DNA of 52,818 bases, filler included, from Trypethelium eluteriae (Eukaryota), in the NCBI GenBank assembly GCA_051942245.1. It is 2 parts of 2 records of this genome, joined end to end, with 100 filler letters (N's around TTAATTAATTAA, not from the genome) between each part and the next. Parts side by side here need not be neighbours in the genome. Positions count along the whole stretch, not along the records: positions 1 to 26,377 come from JAVECL010000354.1; 1 more part is not named here. One strand, written 5' to 3'. The position numbers were made by a program, and so were the translations under genes. This document shows, piece by piece, positions 8,889 to 22,400 of this stretch; positions within the stretch are counted from its first letter, which is position 1; every line of letters begins with the position of its first letter. Below the pieces are notes generated by a model. The model did not search any database and was not told the origin of the DNA. It saw only the letters and a list, made by a program, of their open reading frames with translations.

Positions 8889-10001
8889 TCGTCATTTTTA
8901 CTCAATCTGCGCCTTCACGTACTTCGTCCAGATATGTGGGTGGCCATCACACAGAAGACAGAGATTGGATGATTACCAGTTCAACATTACTGCATATTTA
9001 CCGCGTCTCTTAGGAATCGATCAAAAGTATGGATTGCGAAGGTGAGGGAGGAGCCTGGGACTGAGGAAACATACCTATATGCATACCTACCTTAGGGACT
9101 AGCCTATGAAAAGTTGTGGGCCGCTACCATTGGTGAGATTATAGCTCGTAAAGCATTTTTATCAAAATCTCGACTCAGTCCCTATAGAACGCGGTGGTAC
9201 ACGAGAAAAAGCAAACTCCTATGATCTAATGTTGCTGTATAGACCACCAGGCGGTGCAACGAGAAATTGTTGGCGTGGCACGCAATGGTGTAAGATCTTT
9301 TTGCGGCCCTTCTAGGCTTTATAAAGCTCAAGCATGATATCCATGGCGATTTCTACCGATTGTTCTTCAATATCGTATAAGGTAGCTTCCATCCGTACTA
9401 GTCCTCAGTCCGGAAGCGCAGGGTGGCCTGCAGAATGCCAGAACATGTGGGGGCAAATGCATTGACCACCTTTCGCGCCACCGCGTTTCCTTCTTGCGTC
9501 CTCCGGCCTGAGTCCATTACACTCACGAACTCTCTTCCATCTCTTGCCCACTGGAGACAAAGCTTCAGATATCGTCGTATCTACGATGCCACGCATACCT
9601 GCGGCTCTAGGGTGCACCTGGCGCAGAAGCACTCGTTCAAGGGATGAAGTGCAATCAGGTCGTTGCACGATAGTGGCCAGTTCGTCACTCCTTAATTGTC
9701 TTTTCAGAGTCAGACGCGTGAGCGCTGCCTGTACCATGCACGGACACAGCCGATGTGCTTAAGCGATCTATGCGAGTGTAAGAATTTGTCTTGTGTGAAA
9801 TCGGAAAGAGACTGTTATGGGGCAAGAGGCTGAGAAGAGGTCTAACCCAAGTTGGACAGTCCGAACCATGACAATTCTTCCGAGCAAACGACGCCGCCAA
9901 GCGCTCTCGCAAATCAAATCCGCCAAGCCAATGGCCACCCAAGACCGGTGCGTCCAGAACCTACCAAGAACTTTATCATTTTCGCTCAGCCAGCAGCTCG
10001 C

Positions 10002-10010
10002 GCACGTGGG
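10002..10010 (+). promoter_or_regulatory. Pho4/NUC-1/PalcA-type bHLH binding site (GCACGTGGG)
   Basis: CACGTG E-box with the G...GG flanks of high-affinity Pho4 sites, about 270 bp upstream of a PHO84-like ATG. Confidence 0.6.
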
Positions 10011-10279
10011 GTTCGCCAAGAAAAACTTCTCTCCCTCCGTGCCCACATCAAAGGCGAGTTATTACGGCATTCTGATCGAAATCCAGTATCGCTGCGATCC
10101 TGGTGCCTTGAGGTGATCCTCGTCGACTGCCCTGCAGAAGATGGTGGGATGCCGCTGCAGGGAATAAATATAGATAGAGCCGCCGTCTCTATACCCGGTT
10201 TCTACCTGCACCACACCCCTCTTCACCTCTCACAGCGTCAGCCCCTCTTCCTCTTTGGACTTTCCTCATAGACATCATC

Positions 10280-12005
10280 ATGCCTGTCTGGGAAGAGCAC
10301 TCGTACACTCGTAGGGACAGAGATGGCAACATTATGTCCCTCGAGGAGTACGAGGCCACTCACCCTCCGAGGGCTTTCACGTGGGCCGACTTCAAGCTGT
10401 ATGCCATTTGCGGTGTCGGTTTCATGCTCGACTCTTACGACCTCTTCATCGTCAATTTGGCCTCTCCCATTTGGGCTTATGAGTTCTTCACCAAAGGCAA
10501 CCTCGCTACAACCAAGACTGTTCCATCGCCAAGTATCCCCTTCCTCGTTCGTGGTACAGTCAATGCTGCCGCCAACATTGGTAATGTCATCGGTCAGCTC
10601 ATGTTTGGCTTCTTGGGCGACACTTTTGGTCGCAAGTTTGTCTATGGCAAAGAGTTGATCATTGCTATCGTCGGAATTATTATGATCATCTCTCTTCCAG
10701 TCAATGGCTCCGCCGGCCTTACCAAGGGTGTCGAAAAGATGTGGTGGCTCTTTGGTTTCCGCCTCTTGCTCGGCATTGGCATTGGAGGCGATTATCCAAT
10801 GTCTGCTGCCATTGTTGCTGAACGTTCCACTCTCAGCAACCGTGGCCGCATGCTTGGCTGGATTTTCAGTAACCAGGGTTGGGTAGGTTTGCTTCAGTTC
10901 TCTCCTCACGGTCCACGATATGATTGAGTTTGCTGACTTATTTCCCAAGGGCACTCTGGCCGCCTCTGTCATCACTTGTATACTCTTACCGATTTTCAAG
11001 CATTCACTGACCCATGACAATTTCGGTAAAATCGACGGAATTTGGCGTCTGCAAGTCGGTTTGGCTCTTGTGCCGTGTTTCGCCCTTCTTTACTTCCGCC
11101 TGACCATGCCCGAATCCCGCAAATTCTTGCAGAGTACCGAGTTGTCTTCGGTCGCCACGAGTTCACTCAACACCTCGGCTGCTTCCCTTGACGCCGAGAA
11201 GCAAAACCTGAAAACAACCGATGGCAAACAGGTAGATGATCGTCGCATCTCCGTCGTCGAAGCGCACGCTACCCAACCACCGAAGGGTGTCCAGATGGCT
11301 GCCTTCATCGAATATTTTAGTCACCCGCGCCATGCCATCACCCTTTTCGGATGCGCCTTCTCATGGTTCTTGGTCGATGTCGCCTTCTACGGAATCAATT
11401 TGAACCAGTCGGTCATTTTGACGGACATTGGATATGCGAGCGGCAAAACTCCTTACGACTATCTCCTCAAGAATGCCGAGGGTAATTTGATCATTGCTGT
11501 TGCCGGTTACGTCCCAGGTTACTTCCTTACCATCGCTTTCATCGAACTGCTCGGCCGAAAGTGGATACAGATCCAGGGTTTCCTCGTCACGGCCTTGATG
11601 TTCGGTATCTTGGCTGGTGCAAATGGTTCCCTGTCCTCTGCTTCTCGCTTCGCTCTCATCATCATTGCACAGCTCTTCTTCAACTTCGGTCCCAACGCTA
11701 CCACCTTCATTGTGCCAGGCGAGGTTTTCCCATCGCGTGTGCGCGGTCTAGCTCATGGGTTTTGCGCAGCTGTCGGAAAGCTTGGTGCTATTTTGTCTGG
11801 AATTGGATTCAACTGGTGGTCGCAGAGCGACCATAAGAAGTACCCTGGTTCTATTGGTCTTAGCGGTGTTCTATGGATCTTCTTTGCCTTCGAGCTACTT
11901 GGCGCGATCGTCACGTTTTTCTGCGTCCCTGAAACGAAAGGCAAAGACTCTGATGCTATTGATTACGAAGAGTGTCAGTCCCGCGTCTCTCCTTCATCCA
12001 CCTGA
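10280..12005 (+). CDS. PHO84: MFS inorganic phosphate:H+ symporter; exons 10280-10882, 10950-12005
   Basis: GFMLDSYDLF, GDTFGRKFVYG, LLGIGIGGDYPMSA, FFNFGPNATTFIVPGEVFPSRVRG, PETKG. Phase-0 intron 10883-10949 (GTAGGT...GCTGAC...AAG) joins NQGW|GTL. Confidence 0.93.
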
Positions 12006-12653
12006 TTTTCACGTGTTTCTTTTCAAATAGAATGGGCGTGGAGGGGATCATTATTTTTCTGCTTTTCGATATTACTTTGACATCAATACAAAGCGCATAC
12101 GTTACACCCAAACTTGATCTTATGCAACTGATAAGACGGCGAACAAAAGCAGCTGCGAGAGTAGGCCGCTGGGTACCAAAGAATTCATTCGCGTTGTTGC
12201 TGTTACATTAAAGTCGAATCGTTCACACGTTTGCTGTCACTGGTGTCTTCTTTTCGAAATAGATAGAAGAGCTACCCGCTCGTCTTTCGCTGGACTTCTA
12301 GGCTCGGCTGCTCAGGGATTTCCATCAATCACGTTCCCTACTCATACCTTGTCAATCTACTGCCTAATGCTCTATTTCAGCCGACAATACCCCGCACTAG
12401 CGCCATAAATAGGTATTTGGCCATTCCACCACTTGAAGACCCTGCATTTGGTCATGCAACAAACAAAGCTCAATAAAATAAATTGATCTCTAACCCAAAA
12501 TCATGTGGCACATCATGTCGTTGGCCAATGCAACCCTGCGTATCTACACCAAATATCGGAGAATCGTAATGGCATCTAGCATATATGTACTCTACGGAGC
12601 TTTCTCTGGGCAGTCCGATAGTTTTGGCCATCTCATCTCTTCGATTCCACACA

Positions 12654-15038
12654 ATGCATCTGTTTTCAGTCGTCAGTGCTGCCGTCGCATTTTCGGCTCT
12701 AGCAGATGCCTACACATGTCAGTGAGCCACTTCTGCAATGCTTTGATGCAAGACTAATCCTTCTCAGGGAAAAATGTGAAGACTGGCGGAGGTGGGGGGT
12801 TTACCCCAGGTATTGTCTTCAATACCGGCACGAAAGGCGTTGCCTATGCTCGGACGGATATCGGTGGCTTGTACAAGCTCAACTCTGATGACAGCTGGAC
12901 ACCGTTGACGGACTTCGCCAACTCAAGTACATGGTAAGTCGGATGAGTGGCCTGGATGCCGGCCGACTGACTCTCGTAGGAACAATTGGGGGATTGACGC
13001 TGTTGCCACGGATGCACTTAAGCCTCAGACAGTGTACGCTGCAGTGGGTATGTATACTAATAGCTGGTGAGTCTCAACAAGCTGCATATGCTTAGCGATG
13101 ATTAATGGCTTTAGGGATCCGTCAAATGGAGCGATAATTCGAAGTAACGATGCTGGCACTACTTGGTCTAAGACACAACTCCCTTTCAAAGTCGGAGGAA
13201 ATATGCCAGGAAGAGGTATGGGAGAGAGACTGGCAATTGATCCCAAGCTTAGCAGCACCCTCTACTTCGGAGCTCGCAGTGGTCATGGTCTTTGGAAGAG
13301 CACCGATTCTGGCGTCACGTGGTCGAATGTGACAAAGTTCCCTAACGTTGGTGAGTCTTACTTGGTATCCTGGCCAGACACAGAAAGCTGACTTTCTTGA
13401 GGTAACTACGTTGCCGACGCTACCGATTCGACAGGATACAACAGTGACAATCAGGGAATTGCTTGGGTAACTTTTGATTCAAACTCATCCACCACCGCAG
13501 GCGCCACCTCTACCATTTTCGTCGGTGTCGCCGACACAGCCAACTCGGTGTATGTTTCCAAGGACGCCGGAAGCTCATGGTCCCGATTGGCCGGACAACC
13601 AACCGGGTTCCTCCCGCACAAAGGAAAGCTTTCACCAAAGGAGCATGCCCTATACATCAGTTACTCTGATGGAAGCGGACCATACGATGGCACTAATGGC
13701 AGCGTTTGGCGTTACGATATTACGGCAAGTACCTGGAAGGACATCAGTCCTGGTGTTGACCCCTATTATGGGTATGGTGGTTTAGCTGTCGATCTCCAAA
13801 AGCCTGGGACTATCATGGTAGCTACATTGAACAGCTGGTACCCTGATGCCATAATCTGGCGCAGTAACAACAGTGGCGCATCTTGGACGCCTATCTGGGA
13901 ATACACCAGTTATCCAAATGAAAATTTCTACTATGGCATGAGCAATACCAACGCTCCTTGGATTCCCACCGTGCACGATATCAATACCAAGACAATTGGT
14001 TGGATGATCGAATCCCTCGAGATCGATCCATTTGACTCAAATCACTGGCTATATGGGACCGGACTTTCAGTATACGGTGGCCACGATCTCCTGAACTGGG
14101 ACACCAAGCACAATGTCAGCATCTCTGTTCTTGCAAACGGCATCGAGGAAACGTCTGTTCAGGCACTTATCGCGCCCCCAGGTCAATCCCTGGTCAGTGC
14201 AATGGGAGACATCGGCGGGTTCGTGCATTCCAGTTTGACAGCTCCGCCAGCGGCTGAGTTACCCCTCTTCACAACATCCACTTCAGTCGACTATGCCGGC
14301 CAAGTCCCCAAGACGCTTGTCCGCACAGGCTCGGCATCCGATGGCTCAGCAATTCAGATCGCCCTTAGCAACGACGCTGGGGCGACGTGGAACCTTGACT
14401 ATGGCGCCTCAACCTCCCAGTACGGCGGAAATGCTGTCCTGAATGCCGGTGGGGACACCGTACTCTGGTCAACGAGTGCAAACGGAGTGCTGGTCTCGCA
14501 ATACACCAGTTCCTTTAGTGCAGTATCCGGTTTACCATCCGGAGCCGCGGTGGCCTCGGACAAGGTTAACTCGACTGTTTTCTACGGCGGCAGTGCCGGT
14601 TCCTTCTATGTTTCTCGGGACACGGGCAAGACGTTTACATCCTTCGGGAAACTTGGCTCATCCTCGGCTGTCAATAAGATCGTAGTGAACCCTACAGTAG
14701 CTGGCGATGTCTGGGCATCCACCGATACCGGTCTCTTCCACAGCACCAATTATGGTGGCTCATTCAGCAAAATCGCGGGGCCAACAGTAGGATATGCGTT
14801 TGCATTGGGCAAGAGCAGCAGTAACACGTACAAGTACAACATTTTCGGCTTCTTCACGGTTAATGGTGTCGAGGCTCTTTTCGAGAGCAAAGACGTGGGC
14901 AGTACTTGGACGGAGATTAGTGATAGTGCACATGGATTTGGAAGCGCAAGTAGCAATCCTGTTACCGCAAGTCTGGATACCGAAGGACTGGTCTTCGTTG
15001 GAACAAATGGTCGGGGTATCTTTTACGGAACTCCGTAG
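12654..15038 (+). CDS. GH74 xyloglucanase/endoglucanase, secreted, no CBM; exons 12654-12717, 12768-12933, 12980-13066, 13115-13350, 13402-15038
   Basis: Signal peptide MHLFSVVSAAVAFSALADA; YTWKNVKTGGGGGF; catalytic ARTDIGG and SAMGDIGG; GGNMPGRGMGERLAIDP; BNR/Asp-box repeats (SxDxGxTW); terminal VFVGTNGRGIFYG. Four introns restore a continuous frame. Confidence 0.95.
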
Positions 15039-16164
15039 ATGGCTATGAGGACTTTAGAAGTATGCATGTATTGTGCTATCATATGCAACACTGTTCCCTC
15101 TCATGGATTTCTTGAAAAGCTCAACTGAACAAACATGACCCTCTTGCGTTGCTCTTGATCTGTAGACTTCCATTGCCAGTCCAAATGTCGGACAGACCTG
15201 TTGTTTCTCCAGAATCACAACTAAGCTTCGTCCCCTTCTAAGTAGCGTGGGATTATGGTATGTGGACAAGATACTCCTCTTCCCTCTGCCATGACGAAGA
15301 CATGTAGCTACTGGATCTAGGCGCCTACAATACGGCAATGGTGTTATTCTCCTAGACTGTACGGAATGTGACGCTGCGGGTCCGTGATAACTGGCCAAGA
15401 CAAGCTCTGTGGTAGGAGTGGCTGGGATAACTCAGACATCTATTGGAGAGTGGGACAGAATCCATGAGGCTTAGGAGATCAGCGAGGCCAGTCAGGTTTG
15501 AAACACTCATAGCTATGGAATTTTTTGACCGACTACCAAAGATTGCTCATCTAGATTGAGTACCAGCCCTTGACAATGCCTATCGCTTGGCGGCCCGAAT
15601 ACTGCGCATGCCGTGGAGATTCCTCTTAGCGTCGTAGTTGCCGCAACCGATATTTTTGTTCGGAAGACATCTCGTGATATCTTGAAAGCCCAATCCGCAA
15701 GAGCCAGTTGAAACAAGGAGAAAACGCCATTTCTACTCTGTTGATGTACTCCTCAACAAGAGTGTTCCATATCGAAGGCAAGGTCTGGACCGGCTGCTTC
15801 AGCAGACTGTCCAGGGTTACAACTTACCCCTATGTGCCCAGGCCGGGGTTGCTGGGTTAACTGCTTGTACTGTAATGTTTAATGCTAGCGCGGCTGATAG
15901 TCTAGAATAGTCAAACTAGGACTAGCCGCATCGAGGCCAGACGAACTCCATCGTTTCTCCTCAACCAGGCTTTCCGGATCTTACGCCCCCTGAATTGGAC
16001 GCTGGAGTCAGCCTCGAGAATTGAGAGAAGTTCTCCATATGATGACAGCGCATGGAAAGTTGCGTGGTGAAATGTCAAATATTAAGATTGCACTATGTTG
16101 AAGCAGTTGATTACAGCATTAATCCCTCATATCATGAGCATCTCCAACTCGTTTTGTTAAAAGT

Positions 16165-17140
16165 CTACAAGAAGAAAGCAGCAATAGCAGCGAAGACACC
16201 GGCAGCGCCGAAGCTAGTCAACGCGCCTGCGGCATTGCCAGGGTTGTAGGGCACCACAGTCTGCGATGGCTGCGCAGGCGATGTTCCGTTAATTCCCGTG
16301 GAGTTGGAGACCTTCTGGAAGTTGGCGCAGGTGAGACGGGTAGTGTTGCTCGAGTGAATGACGATCGACTTGTCACCGAAGAACGCAGGGCTGCTGGGGT
16401 TGGTAGAGAGGAACGAATCCTGGAAGCGCGCAATGAACGGGCTCTGGGTGATCTTGCCAAACTTGCCTGCGAGATCGCCTACCTGGCAGCTTGCGAGGTC
16501 GGCAGTGTTGCAAGGGTAGTACTCGCCACGGTCGGTGGGGTCGAGGTGGCCGACGGTGGCGGAGCAGTTGCCGTTGGCAGGAACGGCGAATTCGTGGATG
16601 TGGTAGAGGAAGGGGCCATAGGCAGCGGCGTTGGGGAAGCCGGCGAAGTTGACGACGATGCTAACGCCCGGGGTGCTGGGGTTGGAGGAGATGGTGATTG
16701 CACCAGTTATGGTCGAGCCCGTACCATCATCAACTACATGCGTATTAGCCAAAGAAGTGTGACTCCTGGCGGATCTGGCGGATCTTCATACAGTTAGTGC
16801 TTGGCAGCACAGCTTGGTAAGTGGCAGCTGGCGGGCTTGACTGAGTAGTGGCAGGACCGTTGACAGGCTCAAAGCTGTGACATGTCAGTAATCTGATGGC
16901 GGTTTAGCAAAGGAGTTGAATAGAAACTTACCTAGGATTAGCTGGTCCTTGATCAATGATGGCACCCTCCTCAGTCTCCACGCCAGCGAAGGGCCCAGGA
17001 GTGACCGTTGGGAGGACCGGGAGAACACCGCTCAGGGTCGTGCTCAAGGTCTGAGGAGACGGTGGTGGAAAGCCTTCACCGGCGCCCTGACCGCGGACCA
17101 CAGCGGCACCAAGCACAGCTAAAAGAGCATTTGCGTACAT
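16165..17140 (-). CDS. Cell-surface Cu-only superoxide dismutase (Sod4/5/6-like), predicted GPI-anchored; exons 17140-16932, 16874-16792, 16733-16165
   Basis: Signal peptide; YHIHE, GHLDP, CQVGDLAGKFG, SIVIHSSNTTRLTCANF; hydrophobic C-terminus FGAAGVFAAIAAFFL. Two canonical introns link the 16928-17140 and 16165-16752 ORFs. Confidence 0.9.
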
Positions 17141-19415
17141 CTTGACTTTAACGAATGACTGAGCTGGTGGCAGAGAATTGATTCAAAAGTGCTCCTTAGG
17201 ACAGAACGATGATTGAGCAGCGAAAAGGAGATGAGACTGGTAAAGAGCGCGCGTACGCGTGTTTATACCTCACCTGAAGTGTTGTTGGCTCACTAGGCTG
17301 TAAGCCAGTGACATCAACATCTGTACACCATGTAAAGTTGGAAAGTTCGGATTGGTGCGTCAGGCTGCGGAAGGAAACTAGTGGAGATGAGACGGCATAA
17401 GCGACGCGGGCGCAAGGGAAACGGCAAGACGATTGGTACCCGGGAAGCTGCATCTTCTCGATCGAGGGCAACGGGAGACGGGACGTCAGGGGAGACGGGC
17501 TATTGTTTGATGTTAGTTGAGTCCCTTCTGCACCACGGATGCCGTTGTTTCCGCCAAGCTTTTCTCATCGAAACCGTGCCTGACGGGATCCAAGATTTGT
17601 CTAATCTCCAACTAGCCTAACGTGTGGGGTAGATCTAATTACCTAATTCTATCCTGATGGACATTTTCACCTTTTCATCAATTAAACCAAATGTGCCGGT
17701 CCTCCGGAATCCCCGTCGCCCCGACTCCAGGAGTTGTATCTCAACACGCAATCTTCTCCTTTTCTCTTGAGACTTTTCCTAACATGTAGATGAGACTCAA
17801 GCTCGCATCGTTTGCTTGACCCCATCACATGGACTAAGCACAAATTCTATTTGCTTGGTCGATCTTGCGGGTTTCGTCCCCAAACAGCTCGGATCCAGAA
17901 AACTGCGACCCGACTCTAGGTCTCGGCTTCCAAATCTACCGGTACTCCAGAGGTAGCGTCTCAAGCTTTTCCGCTGATAGAGATCTCTGTTTGACAGGAA
18001 GAGCTGCGCAATGTTTAGCAATATCAGTTTCACAACGGATTGTTGTATTCACGTGCTCTTTGCAAAGGTCGTCGATTCAGCTCCTGAGGACTTTGGTGCC
18101 CGCGCTCTCTTCTTTGCTACCTTACTCTAACTCCTCAGCACTAGTTTTCGCCCCATATGCAATTTCAATGACTTTCGTATCCACTCTAACAGATTCCAGC
18201 TTCTTCAATCACTCAACATCATTGTCAAGTTTGGCATCGTATGCACCCATAACCTTGAAATTGTTTCTCAATGCTTGAACGGTATCGTTTCATGCTGACC
18301 TTCCTCACCAAATATGTGATTTGCTCGTAGATGACGGAAAGAGTCAGACAAAGTAGTCACAAGTAAGACTTTGCGATGCAGATTTCCTTGGTACTCTGAT
18401 TTCAAAAGTCGGCAGAAAATTTGCCCCAAAGCACTAATTCGCCCCAGGGATCCCACCACAGCGAACTAAGAGTACGATATTCTGAATATCGTGTTCGTGG
18501 AGGATGGCGACATTATTAAATGTCATGTAAACTCGACAGATGGCAACTCCAGCTACCGTACAAATCTCCCTTTAGAAATACTGTATGCAGTGTGACTATT
18601 AGGAGTCGAGTTTGCCTTGTAAGTTGGAAATGCGGCCAAGGCAAGTTTCAGGCTCGCCAATAGGATCCGCTCTTACCCGCAACGGCAAAAATCTACGACT
18701 AAAAGGCCTAGCCACACTCGTTTCGACTTAGGCTTATAAAGCGCCCCCTGGGATTTTGGTTGCTTGCTTTGCTCGAACTCTCACAGCCGGAGACAGTCGG
18801 AACGTTGATGACCGCAAGGAGCAATGGCGGAAACCTGGTCACACCGTCACACTGGCCACGGCTCGAGATAGTGCAGGCAGAGTGCTCCTATTGTTCGATT
18901 TTATGGAAGATCATGTTTAGTCGCCCTCAAAGCCTCCTCAATCCTGGCGCCAGGAAGCACGTTAGGGCCCATCTTGGGGCCTCTGAAATGCGCACGGTCA
19001 AAAAATCAGCCGGCTCTAATGTGGCCGAGCCTCAGGCGGAAAGTGGCTCGCCTGATATAATGCGCAGCTTCGTAGATGCGAAACCCAACGCAGCAGCCCA
19101 CATCTCTCAGTACTCGATTGGCTAAGTCTGCTGTAATGAGGTTTGAGATACTTGTGAGCTGCGGTTTTACGACGGCGCCACCAATCTTCCATTCCAGCTC
19201 GCTGGATGGGGAATATGTGCGAGTGGCCCAGAATCGCGATCCTTTCCCAGTGCTCAAAATGATGGCTGAGTATATCTCTGTGGTTAAAACCAGTCCTTCG
19301 TTACACCCCTTCACTTCTTGCTTGCTGACTGCTTGAAGAGATCTCATTGTGTCCCTATGCATAGCGTTTCCTGTTTTTTCTTATCTCGTTATGTTGCAAT
19401 GTCTTTCAGGAAGCT

Positions 19416-22400
19416 ATGCCGCGTATTTCCTGGTCACTTACGCGTGTGGCGCTACAGCTCGTCAGTTCATTACTACGTAAAGACAAGGAAACAAATACTA
19501 ATTTTTTTCGATCAGTATACCTCTCGCCAAAGGAGGGAGGATCGTCTTCGTCAATCTCAAGGAATAGTACTGAATCCATAGCCTCGGCAACCTCAGCTAG
19601 TGATCCCTGGCTCTTGACAAATTCTGTGGTGCCAAAGTCATCTACCACGAGTCTCCCCTTAGGTGCCTATATCGCCTCCGGTCTATCCGGCATTGCATCC
19701 CAAACGGTGACCCCGGTGTATTATTCTTCCACATCGACATCAAAGGCGACGACGGATACTGCTTTGAGAACTCATTCAGCGTCTCGGGAAGCTGTAGTAT
19801 CAATCAGTAATGGCTTTTCAATCTCGACGGATGACACGACCCAGCCGATTGCAGCCAATATATCATCGGCTTCTACTTTTTCGCAAGTAGAAAATATTCA
19901 CAATAGCAGCAATACCACGACCACTACAAGTCAGCTAAATCGAACCATCGTCTCCTCAAATCCGGGCTCCAAAGCTTCTGTGACGAACGGAATACTTACC
20001 AACAGCGCATACTATAAGGCCGCCAAAGTCTCCTCAAGTTTGAATCAGACTGATGCCATTGCGGGCCACTCCAGTAGCACTAACTCGTCGAGAATTACTA
20101 GTACTGCACCATTTCAGTCCTGTTACTCTGTCTCGAATTCTCGCCAACCTAAGCCTGCTAATACGTCAATTACGCAAGGTCTAAGCTCCACTGGTAATGC
20201 TACTGTGGATCAATGTTGGATGCAGTGGTCGAATTACTGGGACTTTCAATCTATCTACGGCCATCTCAATTGGCTTAACTACAGTTCGGGCCAATATGCA
20301 ACAACCTATTACGCAGACACGCAAATCGCGCAATCCGCTTGCGTCCAAGTTATCACCTCTGAGTGGACAAGTAATGCGCCTTATTCAAATACAGACCTCG
20401 AGTTTATGACTGAAACCGAGATTCATACTGCTACCATCATTGCCGATGGATTCACAAGGACTATAGAAACAGACACGCATACGGTGATAGCACAAGAATA
20501 TAAAGCCGCGACTACAATCACGCCTTTGTCGACTATCACCAACGTTGCCACCTCGACATGGACGGAATACTCTGAGACGAAGATTGCGCTTAGTAGTAAA
20601 CCTTCACCAAACTGCGAGCTCCCACCTTTAGTAACACAGTGTCAGGATATCTGGAGTTCTTGGGCCTCTCACCAGCTAATGGGCACTCCCACTATGTCTG
20701 CTCCGTCATGTGGCACCGTTGCATCTTGTCAACCATCCTGGACAACGTACGACTCAATATGGAGCTCTTATTCTTCTTTGAGAGGCATACCATCGCCTTC
20801 ATGTACACAGGCATCTATCGCAGAGCCCCTCTGCAATGCCTTGCGGTCTTCATATATTGATGCCGGATTTTCAGAGAACAATGGTGTCATTACCAGTAAC
20901 GGAGCTTCTGGGTTTAGCGGGGGCTTCATGGAGAGGCCTACCGTAAGCTGGCCCTCGGTTGATCCAGAGTTTCCAGATATGTTCTTCCTGCCGACAACGA
21001 CCAGCTACCTTTCTCCCACCTGGCCAAGGTCTTCGACTCTTGCTGCTGGGTGTACTCTTGGCTGCGGTAATTGCGCCATCACTGGTGGCACTGTACAGTT
21101 GATCCACTGGCTGCAACCTGCACCTACACCAGCTATCAAGGGAACAAGGAAATCGCATGGGACAGTCGATGGCGCTGTGGTAGCATCTACACTTGGTACT
21201 ACCTTCACCTCTCCCACAATCTATGTCTCTCTTGCCGATGTTCATGCCGGTGACTCGTGTTCGGCGATCGGCAAGACGCACTCTAACACTATCCTGCCTT
21301 TGACTAACACAAATCAGCTTTCAAGCATCTGGGCCCAATACCAAGGTCATCTAAGCACGGTGTCCTTCAATTTCACAGATCTTAACACTCCAATCCCAGC
21401 CAGCATATACACTCGACAGCCATGGTGTGCCGCTTGGACGTCTACAATGGCCACCGAAGATCTCAATTTTGGCGCATGTAATAGATCTGCCACGTTCGGG
21501 CGTGGTGAGAGTACGTGCTATCCCACGTGCCCACAGACTCAGCCTTTCAATCCAATTCTCGTGCTACCAACCGGGTTTCTCAAACCCATCGATACGGCGT
21601 GGGCCTCTTGCAATCTTGATATCCGGGGGGTCTTTGATCCACCCATTGTGTTGACAGCACAGTCAGCTGCCGCTCTACCTGTGGCTGCTCCCATCACCTC
21701 CTTCATCGATCCAAGCCCACCGGCTGCTTCCGTACAATCTGCACCAATAATGCAGACTCCCGCACAGACTGCGAATGTTCCAAGTGCGACGAATGATCCG
21801 TCAGCTGGCGCTGGTCCGCTTCCAAGCCCATCTGCTTCATTGATATCCTCGTCAACAGCGGCAGCAGCTGATTCACCCGCCGGCTCAACTGAAGCTTCTG
21901 GTTTATTGGGCTCGGTTTTCCCATCGATTCTACTAAGGCCCACTTCGACAGACCAAGTTACAACCGATGTCACCAAGACCAATACTGCTCTTGACCCTTC
22001 ACTGGCGGCCGAGGAAACCCGCAGCGCGTCCGATCCATTTTCAACCCAAGTTTTCTCCCAATCAGCAGCCCGTGGGCAAGCTGTATCAAGCGAGAACTTC
22101 GTCAACCCCTCTCAGTCATTTTTGAGCGCAGATCCACAAGTGCCTCCTACGCAAGACGGTGGAGGACAGTCTGCCACGGCCGATCCAGGCAGCTCAAAAG
22201 CTGTCATTGAAGGATCAACTCCACCAGCTGGAGTTTTGCCATCTGTCCCAGGCAATCCGTTATTTGCTGGAGTGGACAGCCTTGCTGTTGGGAGTAGCAC
22301 TACCATTAACCTACCTATGACGAGTGGAAACGAATATTCAGCGGCAAATGGACTAGCGGGCGGCACTCCACCAGCATTACCAGCAGACCCAGGATTCATC

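Noticed and set aside
9405..10271. Cluster of 70-140 aa overlapping ORFs upstream of PHO84
   Set aside because: No domain motifs, mostly non-ATG starts, both strands; consistent with promoter sequence.
15054..15900. Possible gene remnant between GH74 and SOD
   Set aside because: The short ORFs have no recognisable similarity and I could not build a consistent splice model.
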